From Chiloscyllium plagiosum (Eukaryota): 64,000 bases of DNA. The position numbers and the translations under genes were made by a program. A model generated the notes under the pieces. That model did not search any database. It had not been told where the DNA came from and was given only the letters and a program-made list of their open reading frames with translations. Where the stretch lies: positions 35,172,664 through 35,236,663 of the forward strand of contig NC_057739.1 of assembly GCF_004010195.1 (NCBI RefSeq). Direction: 5' to 3'. Position 1 is the stretch's first letter. Each line of letters starts with the position of its first letter. Positions 34,760-46,364 of this stretch are shown in pieces.

Positions 34760-35125
34760 TGTCGAGTATGGTGCTGGAAAAGCACAGCAGGTCAGGCAGC
34801 ATCTGAGGAGTAGGAGAGTCGATGTTTTGGGCAAAAGCCCTTCATCAGCAATGGGGCTGTGAGACAAGGGGTGGTGAGATAAATGGGAGGAGCGGTGGGT
34901 AAGGTATCAGTGTGTGTTAGGTAGGTGGAAGTGGGGGGTAATGGTGATAGGTCAGAGAGGAGGGTGGAGCAGTTAGGTGGAAAGATGGACCTGTAGGACT
35001 GGTCCCTGAGGGCGGTACCAAGTTTAAAGGTTAGATCTGGGATCAGAAGGGGGGATGGGAAATGAAGAAACTGATGAAATCCACATTGATGCCATGGGGT
35101 TAGAGGGTCCTGAAGTGGAAGGGCA
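34760..35125 (-). mobile_element. Penelope-like 3' end with hammerhead terminus (family A)
   Basis: Minus CTGATGA-AGGGCTTTTGCCC-AAAACATC at 34820-34848; UTR homologous to 7760-8010; C-terminal remnant HGINVDFISF. Confidence 0.8.
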
Positions 35126-35599
35126 GAGTTTTCAAACTGCCTGAGCAAGGCTAGATCAGGTGACTACATCCACTAGAAATGTAGACTGAGTGAATAGCGA
35201 CTTAGATTTGTGTGGCATTCCGTGCACAATATGGTTTATTGCAGATGTGTAAAATATAGTCTGATTTCAGGTCTAGTAAACTTATCGCCAGTTGTAAGGT
35301 TTATAAAATGAAGGCCAAGTATAAATATTATCATAAATGTTTGTAGAATTAAATTCAGGTAGGGCATTCGGAAGTGAGGAATGTATAACCTGTAGTACCT
35401 ATAGTATGTCTGAAGTCACAGATGTTCGTATTCTTGAATTTCTGTGAGGCTGAGTGTTTCTTGGGTAGTAAGTTCAGAGAGGTAGTCATGTGGAGGCAGG
35501 AAGGATACGTAACTGATTGGAATGCAGGAGGCCCGTGAGGTCCTGCTCACGGACTGGGTTTCTGTTTTGCTTACTGGTGACAGCTTAGATTTCTCTGCC

Positions 35600-36830
35600 T
35601 TGTTTATGGGGGACGTTGTACAAAGGAGGGGAAGAAAAGTATAAAAGCAGTTGTGATAGAAGACTAGTTCGGAGTTTCTGTCGATGGAGCCATGTCTACA
35701 TAATAGCATATTGCCTCCCTAGTGTCAGAGTCAAGGATGTCATGGAATTGCAGTGGGTGGGTGAACAGCCAGAAGTTGTGATCGATTTCTGTACAAATTA
35801 TTTGGGAAAGGGGAATAAGGTCCTGAAAGCATATTTTGAGAGCTAGAAATGGGATTCAAAAGCAGGATCTCGAAATGTCCTAGTGCATGAGTCGCAGAAA
35901 ACTAGTATACAGGTACAGCAGATAGTAAGGAAACAAATGGAATTTTGGTATTTGTTGCTAAAAGGAGTATAAAAGTAGAGAAGTGTTGCTGCAATTGCAC
36001 AAGGCGTTTGTGAGTTTGCACCTGGAATACTGCAGAGAATTTTGGTCCCTTTGCTTGAGGAGGGGTGAAGTTGCATTGGAGGCAGTTCAGAGGAGGTTCA
36101 CAAGATTGATTCCCATGATGAGGGCATTGCCTTTATAAAAGTGAGCAGTTTTGGTGTACACGCACTGGTTTTTAAGAGAATGAGATCTAATTGAAGTGCA
36201 GAAGATGCTAAAGAGGATTGACAAAATAGATGTAAAGCAATTGTTTCCTTGTGGGGTAGTCTCGAATGAGAGGGGTAGCAGATTTAAACCAGGGATGAGA
36301 AATTACTTCAGTCATTCATTACTCTAGTGTGGTGGTTGCTGGGGTATTGAGTAAATTTGAGGAGGCGGTATACTTTTAATTAGTAATGGGTTGAAGGGTT
36401 GTGGACTTGAGGCTAAGATGAGATCAGATTAGTTGTAGGGCCGTACAACATGAAAGTTAACCCTTCGGTCCAACTAATCCATGCTGACCGAATTGCCCAT
36501 TGAAACTAGTTCCATTGGTTGCATTTGGCCTATACCTCTCTCAACCTGTTCAAATGTCATTTAAATGCTGTTACTACTATTGCTTTGGCAGCTTATTCCA
36601 TGTATGCACCACTCTCTGCATGAAAACATTGCCTCTTGGGTCCTTTAAATTCTTTCGCCCCTCACCTTAAACCTTGCTCTCATTTTATGTTCCCCCACCT
36701 TAGGAAAAAGACCTTGACTATTCACCTTATCTATGCCCCTTGTGATTTTATAAGCACCTATAAGTTCATCAAGGCACAGCACGCTCAAGGGACTGAATTG
36801 CCGCCTACTGCTTTTTGTTCTTATGTTCTA
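35600..36830 (+). mobile_element. Internally deleted CR1 (ORF1 esterase joined to ORF2 C-terminus), with HER1 nested at 36430-36765
   Basis: YCLPSVRVKDV..GEQPEVVIDFCTN then LVHESQK, ALEAVQRRFTRLIP; tail TTCTTATGTTCTA. Confidence 0.7.
36430..36765 (-). mobile_element. HER1-like 3' fragment
   Basis: CCCTTCGGTCCAAC...CTATTCACCTTATCTATGCCCC. Confidence 0.8.
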
Positions 36831-37130
36831 AAGCATAAATTTTGGATGGCTTCCAATCCCACATGTCAGTAGAAACAGAAAGAAGAGAATTCTGAGATTG
36901 AAATGAAATGGGCCCAAAGGTTAACCAAATCAAGAAGTAGATATCCAAGGATATTTGAGATTTGTGAGGGAAAGGAAAATGAAATTGGTAGTACTTCAAT
37001 GAAAGTTCAAGATCAGGACCTTTTATGAGAAAAGGATCTTGGGTCAAAGGAGCAAGATGTAGAATCCATTTAGGCAGAGCTAGGAAACAATAAAGGAGTT
37101 GTTCATAAGCTATCAAACTGTAGTGGTAAC

Positions 37131-38060
37131 AAGTGTTGAAGATTTGTAGCTCAGGCTGAAGTTAGAGTCATAGAGATGTACAGCATGGAAACAGACTCTT
37201 TGGTCCAACTCGTCCATGCCGACCAGATATCCCAACCTAACGTAGTCCCACCTGCCAGCACCCAGCCTATATCCCTCTCAACCCTTCCTATTCATACACC
37301 CATACAGATGCCTTTTAAATGCTGCAATTATATCAGCCTCCATCACTTCCTCTCGCAGCTCATTCCATACACGCACCATCCTCTGCCTGTGCTTGGCCAT
37401 TACAAATTCTTTCATCCTAATCGTGTCTGAAGAGGCTGCTTGTCTCTCACATGGATGTGACTTAACCAGATCCAATACTTCAAATGACATTACAGCAGTA
37501 ATTTTAACAGTCTAACTCAAAATACACTTACAATGGTATTTCATCTATGCCACCTTTTGTATCTCTAAGTCCTTTTCATCCTCTCCCTTCCTTTACTTCT
37601 CATCTAACTTCCACAGTGGGATTGGAGGGAGCTGCTCTGTTGATAGTTCGGTTCTGTCGGAGGACTTCGGGGTCCTTCCTGGGGTATTTGGACTTAGAAC
37701 GCCCAGTCCTACTCAGATATGTCCTGCCCAAATGCAGGGTCACCCCTCACAGCTTGAACTGCTGCTGTTTGGGAATCACAGGAGGTGGAGAGGTGGAAGG
37801 GAAGGACACTGCTGGACTGTTCTGAAGGGAAGTTTCTGGGGTTTTGAATGTGTCTCCTCCTCTGTGTTACTGCTGGTACCATCCTGTCTCCAAGTGAAAG
37901 GATGACCTGTAGTGAGGTCAAAGTCCCTCGTCTCTTTGTTGGCATTAATGCTGGTTCTGGATGTAAGTTTGCTCGCTGAGTTGGGAGGTTTGTTTTTAGA
38001 TGTTTCATCACCATACTAGGTAACATCTTCAGTGAGCCTCCAAGTGAAGCACTGGTGATG
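37131..38060 (-). mobile_element. Solo Penelope pLTR split into 37131-37164 and 37953-38060 by a 788-bp insertion
   Basis: Both pieces are colinear with the reverse complement of 30680-30810; hammerhead remnant CTGAAGA-TGTTACCTAGTATGGTGAT-GAAACATC at 37999-38032. Confidence 0.8.
37165..37385 (-). mobile_element. HER1 3' fragment
   Basis: AGAGTCATAGAGATGTACAGCATGGAAACAG tail; VRVWNEL...FKRHL. Confidence 0.92.
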
Positions 38061-38099
38061 TAGTGATAAATGTTGGACTCAATATAAATCAGGAAATTA

Positions 38100-39225
38100 A
38101 ATATTCTTATAATGTGGGTATGGCAGCAATGTAAGACTAAAATGTGCCATACTGACTTAACCGAAGCACCACTAATGCTATAAAGTATGAATTCCTTGCC
38201 AATGTACAGATGGAATTCTAGAGCAGTATGTTGAAGGACTACCTCAGGATTGGGCTATTTTTGGTATGGTATATGAGGGTTAATTAATAATCATGCTGTA
38301 AAGTTGCTTTTGTGAACTCAAGATCATGAAATTATAGAAGTTTGCATTAAATTTGAATTAAATCTAAAACTAGAGTCTTGAATCTGAAAAAAAGATATTA
38401 TGAAGGTATGAGGAGCAAATTGGCTCTGGATTTAATAGTACACTGACAATGGCTAGTATTTAAAGCAATACTAGAAGGTTGACCGCATTGTCTTCTAAAT
38501 GCGATTTTATGATTTTTAAAAAATTTAACTTAGCTTATAAAATAGAGGTATATGGATTTTTTGCTTTCCAGATGTGTGAAGGTTACTTCTTTCTTGTGTT
38601 AGAAACTCAGTTTTAGCAGTGGCTCAAAACAATATTTCCCAGGAAATTTATAAGAGAATTTCTGAAATGTTTACTAAGTTGAACTTTTATGATCTAGAAG
38701 CAAAATTGGTTCAGAAGAAGAGATCTATGTTAGCAGAGGTGCTATTTAGTGGCCTCAAAGTAGTCAACGGTAGTGGAAAGAGGTTTTTTTTCTTAGAGTT
38801 CAGTGATAAACGTCAGCAACTTATCCTGTATCTCTTTATCTTACAAAGCTGGAGAAAATTACATCTGATAAGTGAGCAGAAGTCTGCAAGATGATATCAT
38901 CACTTGAATAAAAAGTTAGAGTGAAGACATGAATGATACTTCCCTGAGTTTGAGTGGTTGCAAAGGATATCGCTTGGTAAAAGGGTTGAATTTTTCTTTC
39001 TACTGTTTATGACAAGGTCTTTTCAAATTGCCTTAGCTTTTTGTTTTTCTTTTCTTTTGTTAAATTTATATTCTTCTGTTAAAAGTACATTGACAGCCTT
39101 AGGTTAAGCGATTGGCCACTATAATAAACAAATTGCAAGATTAAAATATACAGCCTGTTTAACCACGTTTTTTTTCTCTCAAGGATCTGAATTATCCAGT
39201 ATTATCATTAGCTGGGATTATAACA
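38100..39225 (+). mobile_element. Possible old solo LTR
   Basis: Ends AATAAA...AGCTGGGATTATAACA directly before CR1 sequence; 5' TG end and TSD not resolved. Confidence 0.3.
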
Positions 39226-39927
39226 TGGCACAAACACCCAAAGGAAAGATAGTTAATGAATGAAGTTTAAAAATTGCATTAGAACAAAGGGAGTGGCTTA
39301 TTGTGCTGCCAGACAAAAAGATGATAAGCCTCATTGGAAGCAATTTCAACCCCACAAAGGAAGACCAAGAAACTAATTAAGAATGGAAAAAGACAATATG
39401 AAATTGAATCGTTGAAGAACATAAACGTACACTTCAATAGATATGCAAACCAGAAAACATCAACTAGGGTAAGTGTGTGGCCCATTACAGATAGGGACAG
39501 ATATTATAGTGGAGAATAGGGTAATTGTGAAAAAACTAAAGTTACTTTACATCTGTCTTCGTCGAAGAAGATACAGAAAGTCTCCCAGAAATACTGAGAG
39601 ATCAATGGAATTCTGAAACTGAGGAACTGAAAGAAATTGGCATCAGTAAAGGTAGGATTTGAAGATAATAAAGTGCACTACTAGAAATATTAGCTGGGTT
39701 GAAGAATGGTGAATCCCCTGTACCAGCTGAGTTTTATCCCAAAGTGCTGAAGCAGCTGGCTAGAGCGATTTAGTAGTTACATTGGTGGTTATATTCTAAA
39801 ATTCTATTATATCTGGGGGTGGGTGGGGTTGTAAATGCCTTTATAGAAAGGCGGAAGAGGGGTGGAATGGAGAACTACTGACCTGTTGGTTTGACCGTGG
39901 TAGGGAAAGCGCTGGAATCTATTATAA

Positions 39928-40057
39928 TGCGAAAGTGAGGACTGCAGATGCTGGAGATAGAGTCAAGATTAGAATGGTGCTAGAAATGCACAGCAGGTTA
40001 GGCAGCATCCGAGGAGCAGGAAATCAACATTTTTGGCAGGAGGCCTTCATCAGGAAT
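39928..40057 (-). mobile_element. Single-arm hammerhead mini-element (family A), 14-bp TSD
   Basis: GGAATCTATTATAA at 39914-39927 and 40053-40066; ends CTTCATCAGGAAT. Confidence 0.85.
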
Positions 40058-40475
40058 CTATTATAAGTCTATTATATGTGATAACTTGACATTTTAGTAA
40101 AGCGTGGCGAAATTGAGCAGTCAAATTAGATTTTGAGCAGCAAGTCATATTTGACAAACTTGGAGTTTTTGAGAATATTGTCGCTTTGATAGAGGACTGC
40201 CAGTGGATGAGGTGTATTTGGATTTTTAGAAAGCTTTTGATAGGGTCATAAGCAGGAGTTTAGTAAATAGTATTGGAGCATAAGGGATTGTGGGAAATAG
40301 TGTTATGAATTGAGAATTGGTCAACAGAATAGGAATAATAGATGATTCTCAGGACGGCAAGTTGTTACTAGTGGGGTACTGCAAGGATCGTGGCTGTCCG
40401 TGATCCATACAAATGTTTTGGATGTGGGCAAGTTGTACTACTCCAAAACTAGGTTGGAATGCAAATTGTGAAGAT

Positions 40476-40782
40476 GGTTTAAAGAGGCTTTGAGAAGATT
40501 TGGACAGGTTAAGTGAGTGGGATAGCAAATGGAAGATGGAATATAATGTAAATAAATGTGAAGTTATTCACTTTTAATATAAAATAGGCAACATTTTTCT
40601 CAAATGATGAGAGCTTGGGATCTGTTGGGGTTTAAAGAGGCTTTGAGAAGATTTGGACAGGTTAAGTGAGTGGGATAGCAAATGGAAGATGGAATATAAT
40701 GTAAATAAATGTGAAGTTATTCACTTTTAATATAAAAATAGGCAACATTTTTCTCAAATGGTGAGAGCTTGGGATCTGTTGG
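40476..40782. repeat. Tandem duplication of about 153 bp inside CR1
   Basis: 40476-40628 vs 40629-40782, two visible differences. Confidence 0.95.
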
Positions 40783-41904
40783 GGTGGGTATCTCAGTTCA
40801 AGTCAACAGTTAGCTTGGATTTGCAGCAAGCAAGTAGGAAGGTAAATGATATATTGGCCTTCATTGCAAAGGGATTTGAATACATAAGATGTCTTGCTGC
40901 ACTTGTATAAAGCCTTGGTGAGACTTCATCTGAAGTATTGTGCACTGTGTTTGGTCTCCTTTTCTAATAAAACATCTATTTGACATGCAGGAAGTGCAAG
41001 CAGTTCACCAGATTAATCCCTGAGAATATTGGGATTATTTTATCTGGGATCAGGGAGACCGAATCTGCGTTTCCTCCAGTTCAAAGGAATGAGAGATAAA
41101 TGCCTTTTAAATTTATCAAATTCTTACAGGGTGTGAGATGGATGGATGTAGATAATATTTCTCCTGATTTTTGCATCTAAAACCAGGACAAGAGGTAGAT
41201 CATTTTAAGCTGAGAAGGAATTTCTACAGAGGGGTGTGAATCTTTGGAATCTGAATGCTGTGGAAACTTGATTGTTGAACATGTTCAAGACAGAAATTAA
41301 TAGATTCTTGGAGGCTAATAACAGCAAGGGTATGGAGATGGTGATGTAATTGAGTGACGACAGGCTCAACAGCAAGTTCCTAAAAACCAGGACTGGTATT
41401 AGAAGCTTGATTGTTTTGTTGTTTTTTCTTGTACTTGCAAGTTTCTGAAAAGTCAACATTTTTGTAAAGTAGAATGGCATGTTACTATCGTTTCTTGTCT
41501 TATGACAAAATGTAACCATGAGTTTCAGTAAATTGGGGCCAGCTTGATTAACTGTATTAAGCCTATTGCTGTTTGCCTTTTATCAGAAAAGCAGACCGCT
41601 ATCACGTACAATATTAAAACTTCTCTTCTGGTTTCCTGTCACAAGTGCTTCTTGGAATATGTTGAAACCAGCTGTACTGGTTGTCTGTCTTTAGGATTTC
41701 TGTCCATTTGAAATGCCTTTCCTGTGTTGACTCCAGCTGACTGGATCTGTGATTACAAAGTGGAATGTTTTTATTCTGCACCTTTTTGCAATCTCTTCCC
41801 TTCGAGAAGTAATGGGTTTTAAAAAATGTTTCTTGGTCAAGTTTGCTTCCGTTTGATCACTCGCTTCTTTTTTAAAAGCTGCCTGTAGTCCAGTCTGGCA
41901 TTTA

Positions 41905-42265
41905 TAGAGTCAGAGTTATATAGCATGGAAGTTCCTTTGGTCCAACTAGTCCATGTTCTCAAACTAATTAGACCCACGTACCGGCATGGGGACCATATTC
42001 CTCCAAACTTTTCCTATTCATGTACTTATCCAAATGTCTTTTAAATGTTGTAATTGTACCTGTATCCACTACTTCCTCTGGCAGCTAATTGCACACATGA
42101 ACCACTGCGGGTTTTTTTTAAATGCGTTGCCCCTCATGTCCTTTTTAAATCATTTTTCCTCTTACATTAGTTCCCTAGTTTTGAATTCCCTCACCCAAGG
42201 GAAAAGATCCTTGCTATTCGCCTTATCTATGTCCCTGAAGTCTCTATAAGGTCACCCCTCAACCT
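41905..42265 (-). mobile_element. HER1-like 3' fragment
   Basis: TAGAGTCAGAGTTATATAGCATGGAA tail through TCTATAAGGTCACCCCTCAACCTC. Confidence 0.85.
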
Positions 42266-42343
42266 CATCTTGTACTATGAAATTGCAACTCCCAAGGTGC
42301 TCACTCCATTCAACTCATTTATCTGATCTAGTTAATTACATAA

Positions 42344-42482
42344 CCAAGATTAGAATAGTGCTGGAAAAGCACAGCAGGTTTTGCCCGAACCGTTGATTTT
42401 TTCCCTCCTCGGATGCTGCCTGACCTGCTGTGCTTTTCCAGCACTACTCTAATCTCCAGTATCTGCAGTACCCACTTTTGCC
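42344..42482. mobile_element. Asymmetric fold-back mini-element (family A), 11-bp TSD
   Basis: AGATTAGAATAGTGCTGGAAAAGCACAGCAGGT vs ACCTGCTGTGCTTTTCCAGCACTACTCTAATCT; TAATTACATAA at 42333-42343 and 42483-42493. Confidence 0.88.
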
Positions 42483-42896
42483 TAATTACATAATTAGACC
42501 TAACAAAATCTCAACCCTTTTTTTAATGTCCTGCTTTCATAAATCACTGAGAGGTTTCAGGCTTTATTCCAGTTTCCACTTTAATCTATCAGATTAAATA
42601 GCTGCATAGATATTATTTCAAAAGTAGTACTTCTGTTATCTGGCTTCCTTTGCGTCTGGGCTGAAAACCTGTTTTGAGAGGTATGTTTCATGCCTTAGAA
42701 ATAGGGGTGCCCTCAACTCTATTTTGGGAATACTTCAACATGTAATAGAATAAAAACATTTATGAAAGCTCAGGGTCCTTCTGAACTGAGAGAATTAGAA
42801 CGTTTCTCACTATCCTCAGTATAACTCAAAAATAAATAATTAAGATGGACTTTCATAGTTAGCAGTGCTTGTGGGCACTGATCTGGATGATGATAT

Positions 42897-44035
42897 ATTC
42901 AGCATACAAGGGATGAGAAAAACATTCACATCAGGTTTCCCAATTGAAATTCTGCATCCTTTCACTAGGGTTCAACACCCTTGCAATTTTAATAAGTGAT
43001 GAGGAATATTTAGGATTCTGGAAAGGTGGGTATGGCAAATGTCTTTTACCCCCTAATGTCATGGCTTAAGAATGGCACTATTAGAATTATGTGGCTCAGA
43101 ATGACTTCCTGAGGGAAACCATTTATATTATGAGAAATATCTACCTTCCATATTTATTTTAGAAGGAAGTGAATGGTGATAGGGAAAACATTTTAGGTTC
43201 CTGCTGTAAAATTGCATAAGCGCTTTATTGCCAACATAGTTTAAAAAATGAGGTGTAAGTTTATATGTGATGGCGAGAAAACATTTATTTTCCCCCATGT
43301 CTAGTTCTGAAGAGAGAAGGCATAGTAGTGGCCTTGACATTTGCTGTATTAGCATCATTGACAGAGCTAGGTGAAATGTTTGATCCTGCCACTCTGAACA
43401 GAAACTGCAGAGTGTTTCATAAATAATGTACTACTGATTTTTTTAAAAACTATGGCTTTTGTGATCAGATCAGAGTGGTTGCCTCTCCTCTGCAATTTTA
43501 TGATTGCACCTGAGTTTCTTTACGCCTGAAGCATGTGCTGTATGCCTGGAGTGACCAACTCCTTTTTTTAAGCCCACCATCAGCAGTAAATCTCTCTTTT
43601 TGAGATAATTAACCATTGTAACTTGTCACCGCATCGAATCTGGATATCACAAAATGCTTTTCTCTCTTTTTGATGATGTGATAATTATTTTCTAAAAAAT
43701 CCTTGCGATTGCCCTTTGATGGCCAAGTGGGAGTGCTTGTTTCCTGACCCCAACGCTGCAGGTTCATATCGCACAAATGACTTCTGTGACAAACTGTTGA
43801 CCTCTTCTCACTCTTGCCACCCTACTGTAGTTTGTCAGATTTAATCAATTGTGACCAGATTATTATCCAGCCCAGTGCCAGCAAACAATGCATTCAACCT
43901 ACAAAAGACAAAAGAATTAACACCAGATTTCTCCAACTGAAATTATGCACCCTTTCAGCTGGTAAGTCCTATATCATTGTAATTTTGATACATGACGCGG
44001 AATATTTAGGATTCTGAAAGGGTAGGATTGGCAAA
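42897..44035. repeat. Diverged ~145-bp direct repeat pair (42897-43039 and 43892-44035)
   Basis: Identical 18-mer GGAATATTTAGGATTCTG at 43003 and 43999 with colinear flanks. Confidence 0.8.
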
Positions 44036-44267
44036 AATCAGAATGGAGCTGGATTTTGTGATAAGTAAATTGCTGTAATATGCATCACCTTGTGCCCAAT
44101 ATTAAGGAAATGATACCCAAATCTTCTATTTGCCACTGCTTCAATAAAGTGGGTTTTTTTTTGAGCCCTATTAAGGGGTTTTGACTGAAATTCTAAAATA
44201 AAATAAATCAGTTCAGCTAATTTGTCATGGAGGTAACAAAGGTATGTTTTACATTCTGTATTAAGAC

Positions 44268-45440
44268 CATAAAACATCAAAGCAGAAGTAGGCCATTTGG
44301 CCCATCAGGGCTACTGTTCCATTCACAATGTTCTTGCCTTTTCCCCATAACCTTTGATTCCCTAACTGATTAAAAATCAGTCTGTCTCAGCTGTGAGTAT
44401 ACGTAATGACCTGAGTACACTTAACAACCTTGACAACCTCTGCAGTTTAAAAATAAATCATAGATTCACTGCTGTCAGAAGAAGTTCCTCCTTAACTCTG
44501 TTCTTTTTAATTTTCTTTTGGATAAGGATCTTAAGATCTGAGCATTTTTTTTGTTTTTTTTCTTTTGGCTCTGGTTCTTTTATTTCTCTTTTTAAGAAAA
44601 TTCTGGTTTTGTATTTTAAGATGGTGTTGTACAGTGGTGGCTTTGTACACTTTTCACTGTATTCCTGTACTTGAGTATATGTGACAAAAAATCTAATTCT
44701 AATTCTAACTGGGTAACCCCTTACACTTGCCATCATGTCCTCTGGTCTTAGACTCTTCCACAAGAGGAAACCACCTTTCCACATTTACTCTTTCAAGCTC
44801 CCTAAGAACCTTGTATGCTTCATTAAGGTTTGCTCTTATTCTTCATAACTCCAATGAATTTAGGCCAAATCTATTCAACTTCTCCTTTTATAAGAAAATT
44901 CTTCTGTTCCTAGCATCTACCTCATGGATCTTCTCTGGCTGACTCCAATGCCAGTATATCTTTCCTTAAATAAAGGAACCAACACTGTTCACAGTATTCC
45001 AGATTTGATCTAATGAGTGACTTGATTACACCTAGCAAGATGTTCTTATATTATACACCATTCCCTTTGATATAAAGGCCAACATTCTATTTGCCTTTCC
45101 TATTACCTGCTGATATTAGGCATGATCTTTTTGTGAATTTTGCCCTTGACTCCCAAATCCTGTGCCATTACTGTGTTTAAATAAAATTCGGCATTTAATT
45201 CTTACTGACAAAGTCTATAACCTCACATTTCCCCACACTACATTCTTCCATCTGCCAAGTCTTGCTCACTCATTTAACTACTTGCCTTCCCATCTTTTTG
45301 TCACCTGCAAACTTGGTAATAGTATTTCCCTCATCCAAGTCATTAATATATATTGTGGCTCCAGCATTGATCCCTATGGTGCTCCTAGTTTTAACCATCC
45401 TGTAAAGGTCCCCTTATTCCAACTCTGTCTTCGGTCAACA
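44268..45440 (-). mobile_element. CR1 3' portion (RT C-terminus and UTR)
   Basis: CCATAAAACATCAAAGCAGAAGTAGGCCATT tail; minus-strand LEYCEQCWFLYLRKDILALE. Confidence 0.8.
44505..44706 (+). mobile_element. Unclassified retroposon with (AATTCT)n tail inserted in CR1
   Basis: TGTACACTTTTCACTGTATTCCTGTACTTGAGTATATGTGACAAAAAATCTAATTCTAATTCT; reverse match to 62860-63120. Confidence 0.75.
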
Positions 45441-45444
45441 AACA

Positions 45445-45610
45445 AGCACAAATTGCTGAAGAAACTCTAGCTGGTCTGGCAGCAGCTGTGGAGAGAAAAC
45501 AGGGCAAATGTTTCAATTCAGTGACCTTCAGAGCTAGAATTAGCTAAGAAAAGGTGGTAATTATGCTGATAGGGGTTTGGCGAAAGAGAATGCATATGGG
45601 TGGAGACAGA
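45445..45610 (-). mobile_element. PLE terminus fragment (family B)
   Basis: Colinear with 16460-16610. Confidence 0.6.
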
Positions 45611-45619
45611 TCACTTACT

Positions 45620-45860
45620 ATCAACATCAGCATCCTTGAAGCAACCAAACATTGAGGCCCCAATCATCCAAAACCAATTCTACTGACCTGGCCATGTGCT
45701 TGAGATGCCTCTGTTCTGACTGCCAAAGCAAATCATCTTCACCCAGCTGAAGGGAGGCACTCAAAGAAGAGGACAAGGAAAATGTTTCAAAAACACCTTG
45801 AAGGCTTCTCTTAAGAAATGCAACATGGATGTCAATACATAATTTATGACTCAGAAAATA
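45620..45860 (+). mobile_element. RTE LINE C-terminal fragment
   Basis: GHVLEMP...LPKQIIFTQLKGG...GKCFKNTLKASLKKCN. Confidence 0.75.
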
Positions 45861-45879
45861 AGATTGGCTAGCTAGCAGA

Positions 45880-46240
45880 AAACTAGGTAAGCCTAAATGG
45901 GTCATTTTTAAGTTAACATCAAATTGAAAGAAAATACAATTTGGCAAAAATTAGTGGTGAGCTATAGGATTGGGAAAAATATTTTCTAAACATCAACAGA
46001 AGATGACAAAAAAGGGGAAGAAATAAACTTTTGAGGGTAAAGTTGCAAGTGATATCAATACAAGGCAGCACAATCTTTTAAAAAAAAATATATATATAAA
46101 TAGAGAGGCCAAAGTAAACAAATCTTCTAGAGAACATGGCTGAGATATAATAATGGGGAATCAGGAAATAGCAGAGAAGTTGAATAATTACTTCACATTC
46201 TTCTTCACAAAAGAATACACTAACAGCATTCCAAAGATGT
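45880..46240 (+). mobile_element. CR1 ORF2 linker fragment
   Basis: IIMGNQEIAEKLNNYFTFFFTKE. Confidence 0.65.
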
Positions 46241-46364
46241 TATTTATATGCTATAGTAGTTTGAGTTTATTTACTTTACTACCCTGACTGTAGGAACAAT
46301 CTGAAAAGCCTGTTGCTCTGCAACAGCTTCAGCAATGTAAATGGTGATTCTGTAAATGAAAGAC

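Larger units (their letters stand above)
39230..41370 (+). mobile_element. Degenerate CR1 ORF2 and 3' UTR
   Basis: ENY*PVGLTVVGKALESII, VDEVYLDF*KAFDRV, GVLQGS, SEWDSKWKMEYNVNKCEVIHF, LYKALVRLHLKYC. Confidence 0.85.
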
